Source: Ophelia neglecta
Taxonomy: Eukaryota
Reading direction: 5' to 3'
Assembly: GCA_965285935.1 (NCBI GenBank)
Contig: OZ260663.1
Location: forward strand, 84,382,001-84,446,000
DNA length: 64,000 nt
Positions 13,601 through 28,600 of the stretch are shown piece by piece. Both the position numbers and the translations under genes were made by a program. How positions within the stretch are numbered: the stretch's first letter is position 1; each line of letters begins with the position of its first letter. The notes under the pieces were generated by a model. That model worked only from the letters and a program-made list of their open reading frames with translations. It ran no database searches and was not told where the DNA came from.

Positions 13601-16600
13601 TTCTTTTTGTGTTTTTTATATAAACTTGTTATAAGATATCACAATCAATACCTGTGTTGATATGTAGGCTTGAGTTAATGACCTGTTTTTTACCTGTTTT
13701 CGCTTTTTTTCTAATTTATTAAGCTCAAAGTGAACCAAACAAACAAACACATATTGGTAGGATACTTCCTGTGATAACCAGTAAATAATCTTCTTGCCCA
13801 GGCTGTAAATTGAGTTGGTAAAGTGGGGATGAAATAACCTTTGGTAGGATATTGTACTTGTAAGTTACTGCCTGATCCTGACCTATAAGTAATCGAGGGG
13901 GGGCGGTCTAGTCTGTGGGGTTCATTTTGTAATTGACAGAAACTGCTGCCTTGTCTGGCAGAATTGACACTTAAACCAAAAATAAATATGTGGTTTTTAT
14001 AGATGCCAAAAAAACATATCACAGGTGATTTATTTGATTAAATCACTGTCAGGTTTTGTGGCCCCTCTGATATGACCTGTGTCTCCTCTGAATGGCCTTG
14101 GGGGTTCACTGTCAAACCCTGGGGTTCCTCTCGCAGGCGTTGGAGGTTTTCTGTCAACCCTGGGGCTCTTCTGTCGGGTCTTGGGGGTTCACTGTCTAGC
14201 CCTGTGGCTCCTCTGTCAGGCTTAGGGGGTTCTCGGTCAAACACTGGCACTCTTTGGCAGGTCATAGGGGTGCACTGTCAAGGCCTGTGGTTCTTTTGTC
14301 AGGAATTTGGGGTTCTCTTCAAACCCTGTGGCTTCTCTGTCACCCCTTGGGGTTTGCCGTCAACCCTGGGGTTCCTCTGTCAGGCCTTTTGGGTTCACTG
14401 TCAAGCCCTGGTGCTCCTCTGTTAGTTAAAATTGGTCCAGCTTTGTAATACCGAAAACTCTCACTCAATTTGATTTCTATTGAGCAAATTTCTAGGCTGT
14501 TTGATCATATCTAGTTGTATTCCTTTAGTGACAGGAGAAGTAAAACTACCCTTTTCGATTGTGAAGCATTGCGTCATGGCAATGGCACCCGTCCAATAAC
14601 GTCCAATAACGTCCAATAACGTCCAATAACGTCCAATAACATTGGATGTAGTGTGTACTTGTATCAGGCTTAGTTAAGGTTAAACCAGTTATATACACAG
14701 ATCAGTAATGTAATAATCTGGGGCTTATTTATACCTCAGATGATTATACCTCATGATGTTTGACTTCTCACTAGAAAGTAAACTACTCTGCTAAAATTAG
14801 ACGCAGAAGTCAAAATCAAAGCATGCTATGAATGCCTCAGCAAAATTTAAAGACTAAATGTACCTGAAACTGTAGGGTAGATTTTTATAATGACCACTTG
14901 AAAAGGTTTGAAAGTTTGCCACATACGATCACATCCTGAAACTAATTGGCTGTGTCTAGCAATGAAAGCTTAAAAAGGTATATTTCAGTGGTAAATTGGT
15001 AAATGAATAAACTGCCCAGTAATATTCATTATTTGGCACCGACGTTGTGTAATTCAATGGCAATTGTCATGGTCTGGCCAGATACTGGAGTTTTGTGCTC
15101 AAGTTAAGTCTATTATGGCAAGTAAAATGAAAATGAGAGAAAAAGCACATAATTTATTATACATTAAACATATATATGTAAATTGGCATGTAATCATTCC
15201 CTTCTGACAGTTAACAGTGAGTGAGAACTCTCTCTCTCCTGTCAATTCTGTCCAATTCACATCTAAGTCAACCTTTTGAAATAAGAATCCCAAAACTTCA
15301 TAACAGCTATTTATTGAAGGATTGGAAGTGAAAATTGAAGGATTACATTTTCTGTAGAAGAAGTTGGTGTTTTTCTCCACCACTGTTAAAGTAAACAACA
15401 TGTGCACATACATACTAGGTAATTGATATAACACTTGATTGAGTAAGTGAATTAGGGTGCCAGAATCTTAAAGTATAAGTCTGAATTTATATCAACTGTT
15501 CCTAGTCCTGTACCTCTGTTATTGATGTGCCACTCACATCATACAGGTACATGTGTCTACTACATTCTTGACAAAGTTAATTATTCGGTTATTGACTAGT
15601 CGGGTGTTTCCACTCCATTGATTGCCCGTGTCTTGTGTTCCAGGCCAGATCTTGTAGACTTCAGGAGAGTAAAGAGGCAGTCAGCCAGAGAAAACCTGGA
15701 AATGGCCTTCAGTATAGCAGAGAGAGAATTTGGGGTCACGAGGTTGCTTGACCCAGAAGGTAAAGTGGATTAGAATTTATTTGCAACAATCACTCCTTTT
15801 GACCTCTTAGTTTGAACAAATGTAAAGAAAAACAGGCTTTCTGATGAAAATAATGAATACTTGACATAATATCTAGTGCCAGCTGTTGCTTATCTCCCCT
15901 ATTTGGGGAGAAAAAGTGTATTTATATATTTTGGGTCAAAAATTACAAAAAATAATCTATATGTTTAGTGTAAGGAGCAGTGTAGTGCCCCTGTGATGTG
16001 AGAGAGGGACTTTAGTTGTTTACATAAGAAAGCCTAGATCTATCTGCTGCATACTTTGTCCAAGAATTTGTCTGGCAGGGAGACTGTTCTCTGCAGACTT
16101 TTTGCCATTGTGTACCAGCCACTAATCTGGCTGTACTCCAAACAGTCTAGGTATGATCAGGTGATGAATAGGTTTATCTTACTATGACAGGAACCAGTGT
16201 AAATTACTGGCAAGGGTAGATTTAAGGGGGGAGGTCAGGGGGGTCAGAACCCAGGTGCCAAGAAAAGAGGGGTCAGCTCATGGGAGGTGTGTGGGTGGAT
16301 GGGAGGAGTCAGACCCTCACCATGGGAGTAACACCCACTTTTTCTAAGGGGAGGGACACTAAAAGAGCAGTCCTGAGCCCAAGACTATTAAATGACCTGC
16401 CCTCCCCTCAAACCCTAACTTGTTACTGTGAGCTGACCAACATTTCTAATTACTGGAGCCTCTGAGGACACATTTCAGACAAGGGTCAACCCATATAGCC
16501 AGTACAGTGGTCCCTGCAATGAAGGGACCCTCCAATGAAGGGACTCCCTCCAACCACATGACATTTTTTAATGCCCATGTCTTATCTTTCCTATGTTAAT

Positions 16601-19600
16601 GTCCCTCTGATGAAGGGACTCCTGCTATTTAGGGACACTTTTGCTTGCATGAAGAGATGTCCCTACAACACAGGGGCCACTGTAAAGTGTATCAGACATC
16701 TATCTACTACTGGTCACTAGCTCATCATGTAGTTAACCAGGTATGACCGCTATGATGACCGCCATGATGACCGCTATGATGACCGTCAGGGCTGCCCGCC
16801 TCTGTACTGTAATGTATTACAATGAAAATCACTTGTGAGATAATGGGTCTTGTCACTACAAAATGAAAAATGGGCCAGGTCAATTGGGATCCTGTGTTTT
16901 TGTGACTCTATGGGTAGTTACCAACTGAGTATTGTTATAAACTTACCTGGGACGTGATCACACCTGGCTTATAATACATGTACTTTGTTTTTTTTTGTAT
17001 ATGAACATGTGATTCTTGTCAGGTAAACCAGCTATCAGACCCACACAATGTTATGAGAAGGTGCCCAGAAGACAAGCGTTCTTTCGTTTGTATTTAATAA
17101 CAACAGTGGCAGAGGAAATTCTAGGAAAATGATTAGCAGCAGAATTTGAAAATGCATATAAAATGATTATTATTACCAGTCTTATAGGATATATTAAATA
17201 CTTGTTGGGTATTATACATCATTATAATGTGACCCCCCATGGTACAAAATTTTTTGAGGATGAAGAACCAAAAACTGGTCCTTTTCTTAAATTTTGCAAT
17301 AGAAATGTTTCCTTGAACAAAATATTGGGACAGGGCAAACACATTTGCCTTATTGCTTTTGATAAAAGAAAATTCTTGAAGCCAAAATACATTACTGAAT
17401 AGCACACTGACTGTGTACATTTTGTTTACATATGGTACATACATAATAACTGAGCATAAGGTATGATCAATAAATCATTGATATTAATTCTAGTTTTATA
17501 GCTAAAACCAATTTAAAACCTATTTTATAGGGCTAGTAAAATATCAATGGTATCATCTGGGTGAAATCATGTGACTAGTTAGCCTATTAGTGATCACATA
17601 TGTGTTAACATTGATATGTAAGAGATAAGTTGTTAAATGTCAGACAGGCTTGTTTCAAGCTACACAGGTTGCTATGAGGCACGGCTATGTCAGCTTTTTA
17701 AAGTCTTCTCAATCATTGTACACAATATGGCTTGATGGTTGCTTGAAAAGTGCAACCGCTTTGAAAAAAAATTACAGTTCTTGCGCTTCATTGGGGGGAT
17801 AATGGTATGTAGGATTTGGCTCAGAATCAAAATCTGCCATTAAAATGATAACCGTCGATATCGGAGCTGTGGCCAAGGCTGAAGACTGGAGGTGGCATCA
17901 GCTTGAATGTTAAATAAAACTCCTGGCTAGAAAACAACCAATCAATGAATGTGTGCACGCATTATCTCACTGCTGGGTCCCAACTGCGAGCATGGCCATT
18001 TAAACTAGGAAATCCAATAGCAGTGTTGTCAGCTAATCAAGTATGCGTTCTTTCAAAAGAACAGTTACATTTTTCATTGGTCACAGGTGTTGTCTATTAT
18101 TATATATATATTATATTATATACATCTAGGAGTAGGTCAATATTAGGATGATGCCTTTTCTGAGAAGGCAAACCCTCCTTTTTAAGTATTTTATTGGAGC
18201 TGTTAAAATAAATCAAGTTCTTTCAACACAGAAGAACTAACCTGTCTTATTGTTATATACATGTACCAGGGTATGATAGATATATAAACAAGGACATGTA
18301 AGCGTGTGGAAACATTGACAAGTTTGACTTCCGTTTTTAAGTAGTATCTTATCAGAAGGGACATACAGTGAAACCTGGAAATTAGAGACAAGCAAGGGAC
18401 TGTGTTAAAGTGCCCTGTTTTCTAAGGTGCCCCTATTTTCAAGGTTATTTTACATATAAAACAATATGTTGGTTCCTAATGTAGCTGTCCCTAATTATCC
18501 AGTGGCCCTAATTTCCAGGTGTCCTTTAGACCAGGTTTCACTGTACCTGTTTGTGTCTTAAATCCAGACCATACAAACCTTTAGATGAGAGTTAGATAGA
18601 ATGCCCATCACCACCTCAGGCTGTATCTCAGGTGTACAAGGTTAACATGTACATTTCTGTCCAAATAAACCAGTAAATATCAGAATGCTGCCGATGATTC
18701 TGACCAGATGATCTGGCCATGCCAATGGCCTGCAGTGTGCCAGGACCCTGTGCTAGCCCTAGGGCTACACAACACACATGATGTGTGGGTCTTAATAGTC
18801 ATGCAGCTTTTATTCATTTCTTTTTACCACTTTGCTGGTATAAATCCCCCTCCCCCCCCCCCCCCCCCCCCTACTCCACCTGGCATTCAGTGCCTCAGTC
18901 AACACTTGGTGTAGAAAGAGAACAAAACACCTGTCCTATTTGGCCCCTGACAATACACTAGCATATGTTATATATTGTACTCAATAAATAACCCCTCCCC
19001 CTCCAGCCCGCCACAGCCCTCCTCAGCCCCACATACCATGTATTACATTGTCCTGTACTGTATTAGAGCCATACCACACCCCCAAGGTAGATTATTCACC
19101 TGTACATGTACCCAGCTGATGTCTCTCTACCTTCAGGCTACAAGGCTATAGATCATAACTGGCTCATACTACAGTCTGCCTGAAAATATGAAAAAAATGC
19201 CTAGGTGGTGAGCTAGAAAATGTGTACATTTTAGAAGTCTAATATTCAATATAAAGCATAATATTGTGATCATAGTTGTAAACCTGTTGATGGGACATGT
19301 TAAAAGGCTTCATATAAACATTAAATTATGGTTGACAATAGATTGTATGGGGAACTGAAACCTTAACTTTTAAAAGATAAGAATCTTCTTAATAAACTGT
19401 GTCCCTCCTGGCAATATAAATAAAAATAAATAATGTTCCCCAAGGTACTGGGAAATATTATTTTACACCTTGTCTGGCGTTAGGTGTTGGACATATTTGG
19501 TTGCCATGGCAACAGAACCTGTTTAATTTTGTAGATAACTCAATTAATGTACAACGGTTGGTTTTGAAGGGGGGACATTTACTGGGTTACCTGTCTAGTT

Positions 19601-22600
19601 GGAACTCAAGAACCCACCTTTTACTTATCAGGTTTTAACAAGGTTTTCCAATTAATGATTTTTGTCCGTTTGTCCTCCCCTGATATGTGAAAGGTGTCAT
19701 CAGATGTGTGCTACTTAAATACCAACATCAGACCCAAATAACCTCTCTCCCCACGTTGATCAAAAACCCTGCCTTAAAAGACACCTTGGAATTAAAGACA
19801 CCTTGAAATTAACAACATCATCACTGGGTCAAAAAAACCATACAACTGAACCTAGAAAGTATTTACGCATCTAAAGTAAGGCCTTTTGTGCTCCGTGCTC
19901 CTGTACTGTTTATTCGTGTCCTATTAAAATGAGAGCTGGCTCCTTCTTTGACTAGGCTCTGTAGTGTCTGGGGGGAGGGGGGGGGGAGGCTTATATGTGT
20001 TTATTTTGGTATTCTATATATATTCCTGTGTTTGATATTGTTCTATATGTGGGTGAGATAGATTGAGATAAGATCCCACTACTTCCTCAGCCTAGTTACT
20101 CTAGTTTTTATTTGAGTATTTTTTATTGAGTATTTGATATTTATTTTGTTATTTTTAATGTTACAGATGTGGATGTGGCAGAGCCAGACGAGAGGTCACT
20201 TATCACATACGTGTCTTCCCTGTACGACGTGTTCCCGGAAGTCCCCACCGTGGAACAGTCTCTCAGGGACAACGTAAGTCTTCTCATACTACTACCCTGC
20301 CACTATCATTCCTACTGGTACAGATGTCCATTAATTTCACTATTGAGTTATTAGCTTGGTAGCAGAATCTTTGTTTTGAACCATGATCCTTTCAGCATGG
20401 GCTATCAGCCTGAGAGATGAGACAGGTATATATTGGAGGTGTATGACTCAGCCATTACACCTGTGTTATGAGATAGGCTAGGTGACTAGGTGTCAGGTAG
20501 ACAGCTCTGGGGCCAATAGGCTAACCTCTGATTGACAGGTATGGGCTGTGGATCTATAACCTCTGTGTCAGCGTCTAGATTGTATCTAGACAACAAAACA
20601 CATCGCTCAGGACTTTGGTTTTGAATACTTCTCATCACTCTTGTTCCAGCACACAATCACGCTGCCGTTATTCAGTTGTCATGTGAGAGGTTCATCCAAA
20701 TGGCAATTCTCTAAAGAAAGTAAATTCCAGTCTATCATAGAATAGAAGTACTTTGATAATTATACCCTGGACTTGATGAAAACATACAACTTTAACTCTG
20801 TTGACAGTACTACATTAAATTTATGAAAAATTGATAAGGAGATTCATTTCATGCATGCTGCACACGATGTAATGTGGCAGACAGCTAGTTACAATCAAAA
20901 GAACGAGGAATAAGAACCCATGTGGACAGGGGAGATGTCTTCACCAGCTTTGGGTTGTTACTATGATTATGCAAAACATTTGCCCTCAGGCCCTGGGAAA
21001 TATCAATGGGAAAAACACAAATATGTACATGATCATTGAATCATAGTTTTATGAACTAATTTATCATTATGTATAAGCCTCATCAAATATTGACACACCC
21101 AAGGACATTCTTCAGACACTTCCATGTTCAATATGATAGTTTATAAGTAGTTGTGTAAAACAGTCTTGGACTGGAGGAAAACACTACTTCCGAGTAACTA
21201 ATATTGCAAAGCAGTCGATTATGAGATGAAAACGTATGGAAAAACATAGAAAATTAATGATTTGGCCTTAAGAACATTAATAGTAGTTGAGTCTGAGTCC
21301 AGGCTAAGCTAGTAATGTCTATGATTCTGTCCTGGTTGTGTTGATCCCACCCATATCAGTCTGTCAGTGCCTTGAGTAGTTTACTCAGTCAGTTGAAATA
21401 TGACTGTTCCATATAGAAATTGGAAACTGTCTGAAGTAAAATTTGACAGACAAGTTTGAGCTGTTGTCATGGTTACCCAGGATAACCTACCATCCCACAG
21501 TAGTTCAACTCCAACCAAATCTTAGTTTATTATCAGATATTATGATGTTCCAGCGTTTATAATTCTCCTATTAAAACACTTTTGATTAAGAATTATTACT
21601 GATATTTGTTTTCAGGAGCGTCAGATAAAGTGGCAAGACTACAGGGAGCTGTCTGGCTCCCTTCTCAGCTGGCTCCGCGACGCCACCGCCATGATGTTAG
21701 ACAGAAACTTCCCTACTACACTCATAGAAATGAAGGTAGGCCACTGAGCAGTGACTGAGCAGTGACTGAGCAGTCACTGAACAGTGACTGAGCAGTCACT
21801 GAGCAGTCACTGAGCAGTCACTGCTGAGCAGTCACTGAGCAGTCACTGAGCAGTCACTGAGCAATAACAAACAATAACAAACAATAACAAACAGTAACCA
21901 CACTTACAGCCTGTATCAGTAAATTAGGGTATGAAATTCCCTTCTTTGGCCATTGTCAATAAAAATAAAATAAAAAATTAATTTTTTTTTATTGTCGAAT
22001 AATGGGGAAAAATTGTCTTCTACCGTAGCATTGTTAAAAAACTGTTTAGAATTTTGTTTATTAATTCTTAATTGTGCTTCATAGCCCTTGTACAAGCTGT
22101 GGCCTACTTGGGATATGCCTTATCATGTTTGGTAATTTTCCTCCCTGATTTCTTTCCAGTCCTTGTTAGCAGAGTTCAACCGTTTTCGAATAGAAGATGT
22201 CCCACCCAGGCTGGCTGATAAACAAAGATTAAAGCATCTATTTGATGAACTAAAGGTAGGAATTAAAACTCAACATTACAATTATGGTCAAAAACATACT
22301 TATAATCAAAGAAGAATCCCTAAAAACACTGATGGTTTGTGGCTGTCAAAGATTCAAGAATTTTTGTTGCAATCCCAGTACTACAGGTCGATGCTTTTGA
22401 AGTAGTGAATTCCTGGTGAGATACAGAGTTGCTAGTTACCTGTACTGCTAGCGGCTAGTAGTATTAATTATCTAGGTTGCCCTTCATCATGTAAATCTGT
22501 AAAACTATGTGTCAGAATTAACATGATTCATTGACATTGCTGGAAGTAACAGAGATAACCTCAGGCAGTTATGAATATTAATTAATAATATTTTTATTCT

Positions 22601-25600
22601 TGATTCATAGCTGAACTACCAGAGCATATGATGTTGTCAGCAGTTAAAATAACAGTTTCATAATATTGTCAATCATTAGAATGAGAGTTCCATAATACTT
22701 TCAACAGTTAAAATAACAGTTTCATAAAATTTTCAACTTTAAAATAACAGTTTCATAAAATTCTCAACTTTGACAAATACAGTTTCATGATACTGTCAAC
22801 TGTTAAAAAAGCAGATTTATAATACTGTCAACTGTTGAAAGAACATTGTCATAATGCTCCCACATTCAACATTCATAGGCCTAGTGGTCTAAAGGTCTAA
22901 AGATACAAGGTAGATTCTATTTTGCAAAATGACATTTACATTTACTGCGCAGTTAAATGTGTGATGTTTTACATCATTGGAAAATAAAAAACAGCAGTAA
23001 TTTAATGTATGATGTTTTACTGAGTTTTAAAAACACCAGCAGTAATTAAATATATGTTTTGCATAGTGTGAAACAAAAACCGACTCGTCAGACAGTATAC
23101 ATTAATTACGCAGTAAATGTATGCTGTAGATATTTTAGCTGTAGGCTAGTTGTTAGGGTATATCTGTCTATCTGTACTCTGATGTAGATGGTAGACCATG
23201 GCAGCTGTTGAGCTAATGTCCTGATTTACAGCCATTTATCAAATAAATAACCCAGCCTTAGGAAGAACCAGTCGCCAGCTTTGGTGGGGTTCACCGGGAG
23301 TCTTTGATTTACATGTTATTTGCCATCACTTGTACCTTTATTTCTGGTAGATTGTGGCTTTCTTGCCAAGTCCTGTTAGTTATATCTGGGCAGTAGATAG
23401 TGCTGGCTGCATATCATGTCCACACCGAGACTCATAGCTGAGATACAGCGGCTTGATGAGATTTTAGATTATTAATAACATGCAAAGAATGGTATATTAC
23501 TTTCATCTTATGATGAACTATCATAATCTGACATATTAGGGAAATATCAGTCTGAGTTTTGTTTAATTTAGATGTTATTAAGTGTTCTGTTGGTGGTGTG
23601 TGCTGGCCTAGAGACCAAGCCTCAAGCTAGTAATAACATTAGTAGATATTAAACTTATATCCACTGCCAAAAAAAACAGATGTGAAATTAGGGTGAAACC
23701 CAATGTCTGAATCATCAGAAACAGCTAAGCAAGCAGTCGGCAGTGTTCTGTCAATAATAAGCTCACATATTGCTGGGTGCTGTTTGAAGGGCTTGTAAAA
23801 TGTGGTTTTCGAGATTTTTTCACGGTCAGCTATGTCCATGTATATGTTATATTAACGGGAGCCAGTGTGAATGTATGCTACTGACTGTACAAAGTAGCTT
23901 GTATTAGTATCTGAGCGGTACCAAAGGAGCAGTACCTGGGTATCTCTGGTTAGGTACCTCAATGCTAAGAATCTCTTTTCGAAGAACAAGGACATTAGTC
24001 TATTTCGATTGCATATTTTCAAAACAAAGGGATGGTATTGAGGGAGGTTCCACTGCTGTGTAAAATTCCAAGCCTCAGTTGTCGGTTGCTTCAGGCACAT
24101 GGGGAAAAGCAATGCCAGTTCTGTGAATAATGTGTGCCGGTTCAGCTTATGTAGGATTTGTTTGTGTCTACAAAACAGTGTAATGCCATACTTAGTGTGT
24201 TCAGAGAATTGACATTTGCTGCAGCAAATTGTGCTGTATTTTCGATCATTTCACAGTGGATTACATGAGAAATGTGAGCTTTAGCCAGCTGTAGTTGGTT
24301 TCTCTTATCACCGTCTGTCTGGATGAGGTACACCTTACAACAAGTCAGTGGTGCAATCCACCTTAAACAATGAAGGTCTCCTCCAACATTCACTCTGTAT
24401 GTACTCAGCATGTTAGTGTTACACGGTGGTGTACATTATGTGAACAATGGAGTTATACAGTGCTAGCCCCCACTATGCTGAATATCAGAAGTGTCTCAAA
24501 CTTCACCTATTAAATCCTGAAATGCTGGCCAGAGACAATGGTGTTGCCGGTGATGTAGTTGAGTAGTGTTGAGGGTATTAAAGCTAAGATGGAGGACTCG
24601 GAGTGGTGTTACAATGCCGACTGGCTCCAGTTGCCCGTTCTGTTTGGGATCCTATTGGTCCATCTTGGCAGTTTCTGGGTGGCTTGCCGCTTCCATTACC
24701 AGCGGAAATTCCAGGTTGGTTGATTTCATCCTCAAATGTCAATATTTAAGTTATTTATTGCCCCACCGTGGCTACCACTGTGAGTACATGGCAGGCAGGT
24801 GTGATTGAGTGTTTGAACTGACAGCGGTACCTCCGGTGTGTACTGCAGGAAAAACTTAAAATGATCCCTGCTTTGAAGTCAGAAAGAGAAGTTAAACAAT
24901 ATTATGAAACTTATACTTACATTTGCCCCCTCCCCCTCCCCCCCCCGTGCCCTCCATATTTACATGTATTTGTTTCTCTCTCCCCCCTCCCCCTACCTAG
25001 TAAATGAGTATCCCCCCCACCCCCTCGCTTTTTGCCCTACCTTAACTTGTATATTTGTGTCCTCCTTTTCTCCCTTCTCTCCTACATGTACATTACTATA
25101 TTGTAATATTTAGTAAATGTTTGTGACCCTCTCCCAGTCTCCTCTTTACTTTAACATGTACATGTAAATGTCACTGCTGACTTCCCCATCAGAGTTGTCA
25201 CAGAGCTGTGGGTGTACAGTATGTACTATGTATGTTGTCATATCCATCAGACCTAGCCATTCAGTCGACAGCCCCCACTTACTCCCGGCTCACTCCATGT
25301 GTCATGTATCTACACCAACTTTACACTCTGTGCCAAAAAACTCACCATCATCAGACTAAAAATCAAATCAGCTGGTCTAGTCTGAAAAACATACCAGCCC
25401 AGCAAGCAGACGTCACTGTATGTGTCTGTGTATGTTTACTGGAGGGTTCCACAAGGGGCCTTTGTCCGAGGAGACAGGTTCATGTCTATTTGATACTATT
25501 TACTTCCACCATATTGTTAGTGCGGCCTCCCAGCACAGACTCCCACACAAGGTCAGGTGTTTCCACGTCCCTGATTGGGGGTCTTTTTTGGTATTCAACA

Positions 25601-28600
25601 TTTACTATTATGTGTATAGCATACCTCATCACAGAAAATATTTCCGGCCAACTTGAATGAAGCCCTTATTCCTTGATCACTTTTGTCAGCCATCTTGTGT
25701 TGAGGAGTTGAGTTTTAACCCAGAGAAGCAGGATTGTTGTTTGATTGCTGTATTAATTAAACCAGTTAATACCTCCAGAACCAAAGGCTTGTGATTGTCA
25801 CAATTGGTAATTAGATGTTAAGTACCTGGTATAATGTAAGAGGCTGACTTGTGGCTGTTCCTCGTCCTGTCTTCATAGGATATGATGTACATGAAAATGC
25901 TGGCTCTGCTTCAACCATTAAAGTGATTACCTACAATGACCATCATTATTGGATGGAGTAAGTGTAGTTTGGTTGTTATATTTTCATTTTTGTTTCCCAG
26001 AATTTGCACGCCGATGTTGGTCAGTTTGACCTGGACCCCGAGCTTCACATGGACAATATCAACCGACTGTGGGACCGCTTCACCCTCACCCAGCAAGAGA
26101 AAGATATGGCCGTCAATGCAGAAGTGTCAAGGTCAGTAGTATATATAACAACTTATAATAATTCATATTTTAAATTGTTTGTATTTCACTTTGGGGGAGG
26201 TGGCGGGCACTGCCATTTAGATCCATACAAATTATGTGCCGCTAGAAAGGGTCATGTTTGGGGAAATTTTCCCTAGATAAGTGTCTGGTTCCCCGGGAAG
26301 TCCTTAGGTGAGGGTCCCTTTTTCTGGATTGTTGGCAGTGACATTAACATGTATTGATATTTGGACATTTTGGCCATCTCCAGGCAATGGAAAATTGCCA
26401 AAAGGTTTTTTTTTTTTATGCAGTTGTTAAGATCTGTTTGTTTTTGTAGTGCCCCTCAGTGTCAAAGAGTCCAAAACAGCCTCTACCCCTAGTAATATCT
26501 ACATTGTCACTTCAGAAATATATATGCCATAAAAAATTTCACTTTTTAAGGGTAGGGTTTGAGACCTCTGGTGGCAGACCCCAATTCAATTTTAGGTTCA
26601 GTAACCCCCCCCCCCCCCCCCCACCTGGATATTGCCCATTGATTAATTATTAATCATTGATTTGTGGGAATCTTTGCCTGAAAATTCAGTTTGAAAGTAT
26701 ATTTGGATGTTGCAGTAAATTATATGAATATATGCTCAAGGTACATATTAATTAATTCTATTAATGCAGCTTGGCTTTAGAATGAAGAAAGCAATGTGGG
26801 TTTTGTGTTTATAGGTTAGAAAGACTGCAGCGACTGGCTGAGAAGGTACATCGGGACTGTCGCTCATGTGAGGACCATCTCGATGATATCGACCGCAGGA
26901 TCATAGAGGTAACACGTAACAATCAGTCACCGATCCTTAATGAGATCTCTACTCTACAAACTGGTACTCCAGACTTATAGTATAGAGATTACCAGACCTT
27001 TTAAATTGAGTTAAAATTAAAGGGCAAGCCCCATCCTTTTTAGCACCTGTAATCTATTAACTAGATACAAAAGAAGTTGTATTCAATGTTTTGTTAAAAG
27101 AAATGTGCTTGAGAAGATGACTGGTATGTCCAAAATAAAACCGAAAAAAAAAAAAAAATGTTTGAAAATGATATCATCCAGAGAGTGTGACCAGATGTCA
27201 AACATTCATGCTTATAAACTGACATGTACATGTACTTATTGTTTTGGTTCCCAGGATGAACAGAGAGTAGACAAGATGCACCCATTCGAGGCGAAGCGTA
27301 GCTGCGAAGCCATCGCCCACGCCCTTAAAGTAGTGGAGGACAATCTGCGTAATATGTTCTCCGACGTACAGGCTCTCAAAGACGGGAGATATCATCAATC
27401 TGAACAGATGTACAGAAGGTAGGCTCACAAACCTCAAACTCTGATTAAGAGTTAAAGTCAGATGACTTCCAATCCAGAAATAGGAGATATTTTCTCTCTC
27501 TTAAAAAACACAGGCCTTTCTGCAGGTTAGCAAAGGCATCTGCTAACAAGATTGTATATGAGGCAAAAATGATGTGCCTTCAGTTGTCCCTTTGGAATTA
27601 CTGAATACTCCATTTTCTATTACCTACCCCCAATTGTAGTTAGAGTTGTCTGTTGGCGGTTTGGACAGAATATGTTTGAAGGGAGATTATAAATTTCCCA
27701 ATTGGAACTGAATTTCTCCTCCTATTTTTATTCCTCAGTTGATGTCCAGAATTATGGTGGCCCAAGCTTTTAGTTAAAATAAACATAATTATTTGATTAA
27801 TCATTTATTAGTGAGGATAAGTATTGGAAAAAGTTGACAGTCTACAACATATATAAAAAGAGTGGATGAATAAGTGACAGTCTGATTTAGTTTCAGTCTA
27901 TGAGAAAAGTGGTTGATTTAGTTTCAGTCTATGAGAAAAGTGGTTGATTTAGTTTCAGTCTATGAGAAAAGTGGTTGATTTAGTTTCAGTCTATGAGAAA
28001 AGTTGTTGATTTAGTTTCAGTCTGAGAAAGTGGTTCATTTAGTTTCAGTCCACCCTACAATGCTCTGTTCATCTTTAGCTATCTATGCCCGTGGTAATCT
28101 CAAGATGATGTGATGGGGTATCAGATCAAGCTAGGGTCACTAGAGGTGAGCTGATGCAATCTAAACACACAACATGTCAATGCATGTGATCATCAAATCC
28201 TAGCCTTTAAAAAAAAATATTAAGGGTGTATTGAGAACTAGCACTCATTTACGAGTGGTTCTGCTTAGTATTATTTCTGAGGATTGTCCGTCCAAAGTTT
28301 AATGAATTTTTTTGGTGTAACTGTTTAGTTTCAATGCAGTAGATTGTTGTTATCCCAAGCACAGGTTGTAATCAGCACACATTTCTGTAAATTAGCCCTT
28401 CAAATGGTACTCACAAACCCTTGTTTTCTGAGGCTGACTTGATAGGAAAAACTCCAAACACCATTTTATGGAATGTACATGCATGATGGTACAATTGAGA
28501 TATTTTCTTTGAAGTAATTTCCCCACTTCTCAAGACTGATTAATTTGCAAGGTTCCTGTACTTTTATGTTGCTGGATGTAGTCCAACAATTGACTTAACA

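Noticed and set aside
14038-14448. Overlapping ORFs with repetitive peptides
   Set aside because: Explained by the degenerate 21-bp minisatellite.
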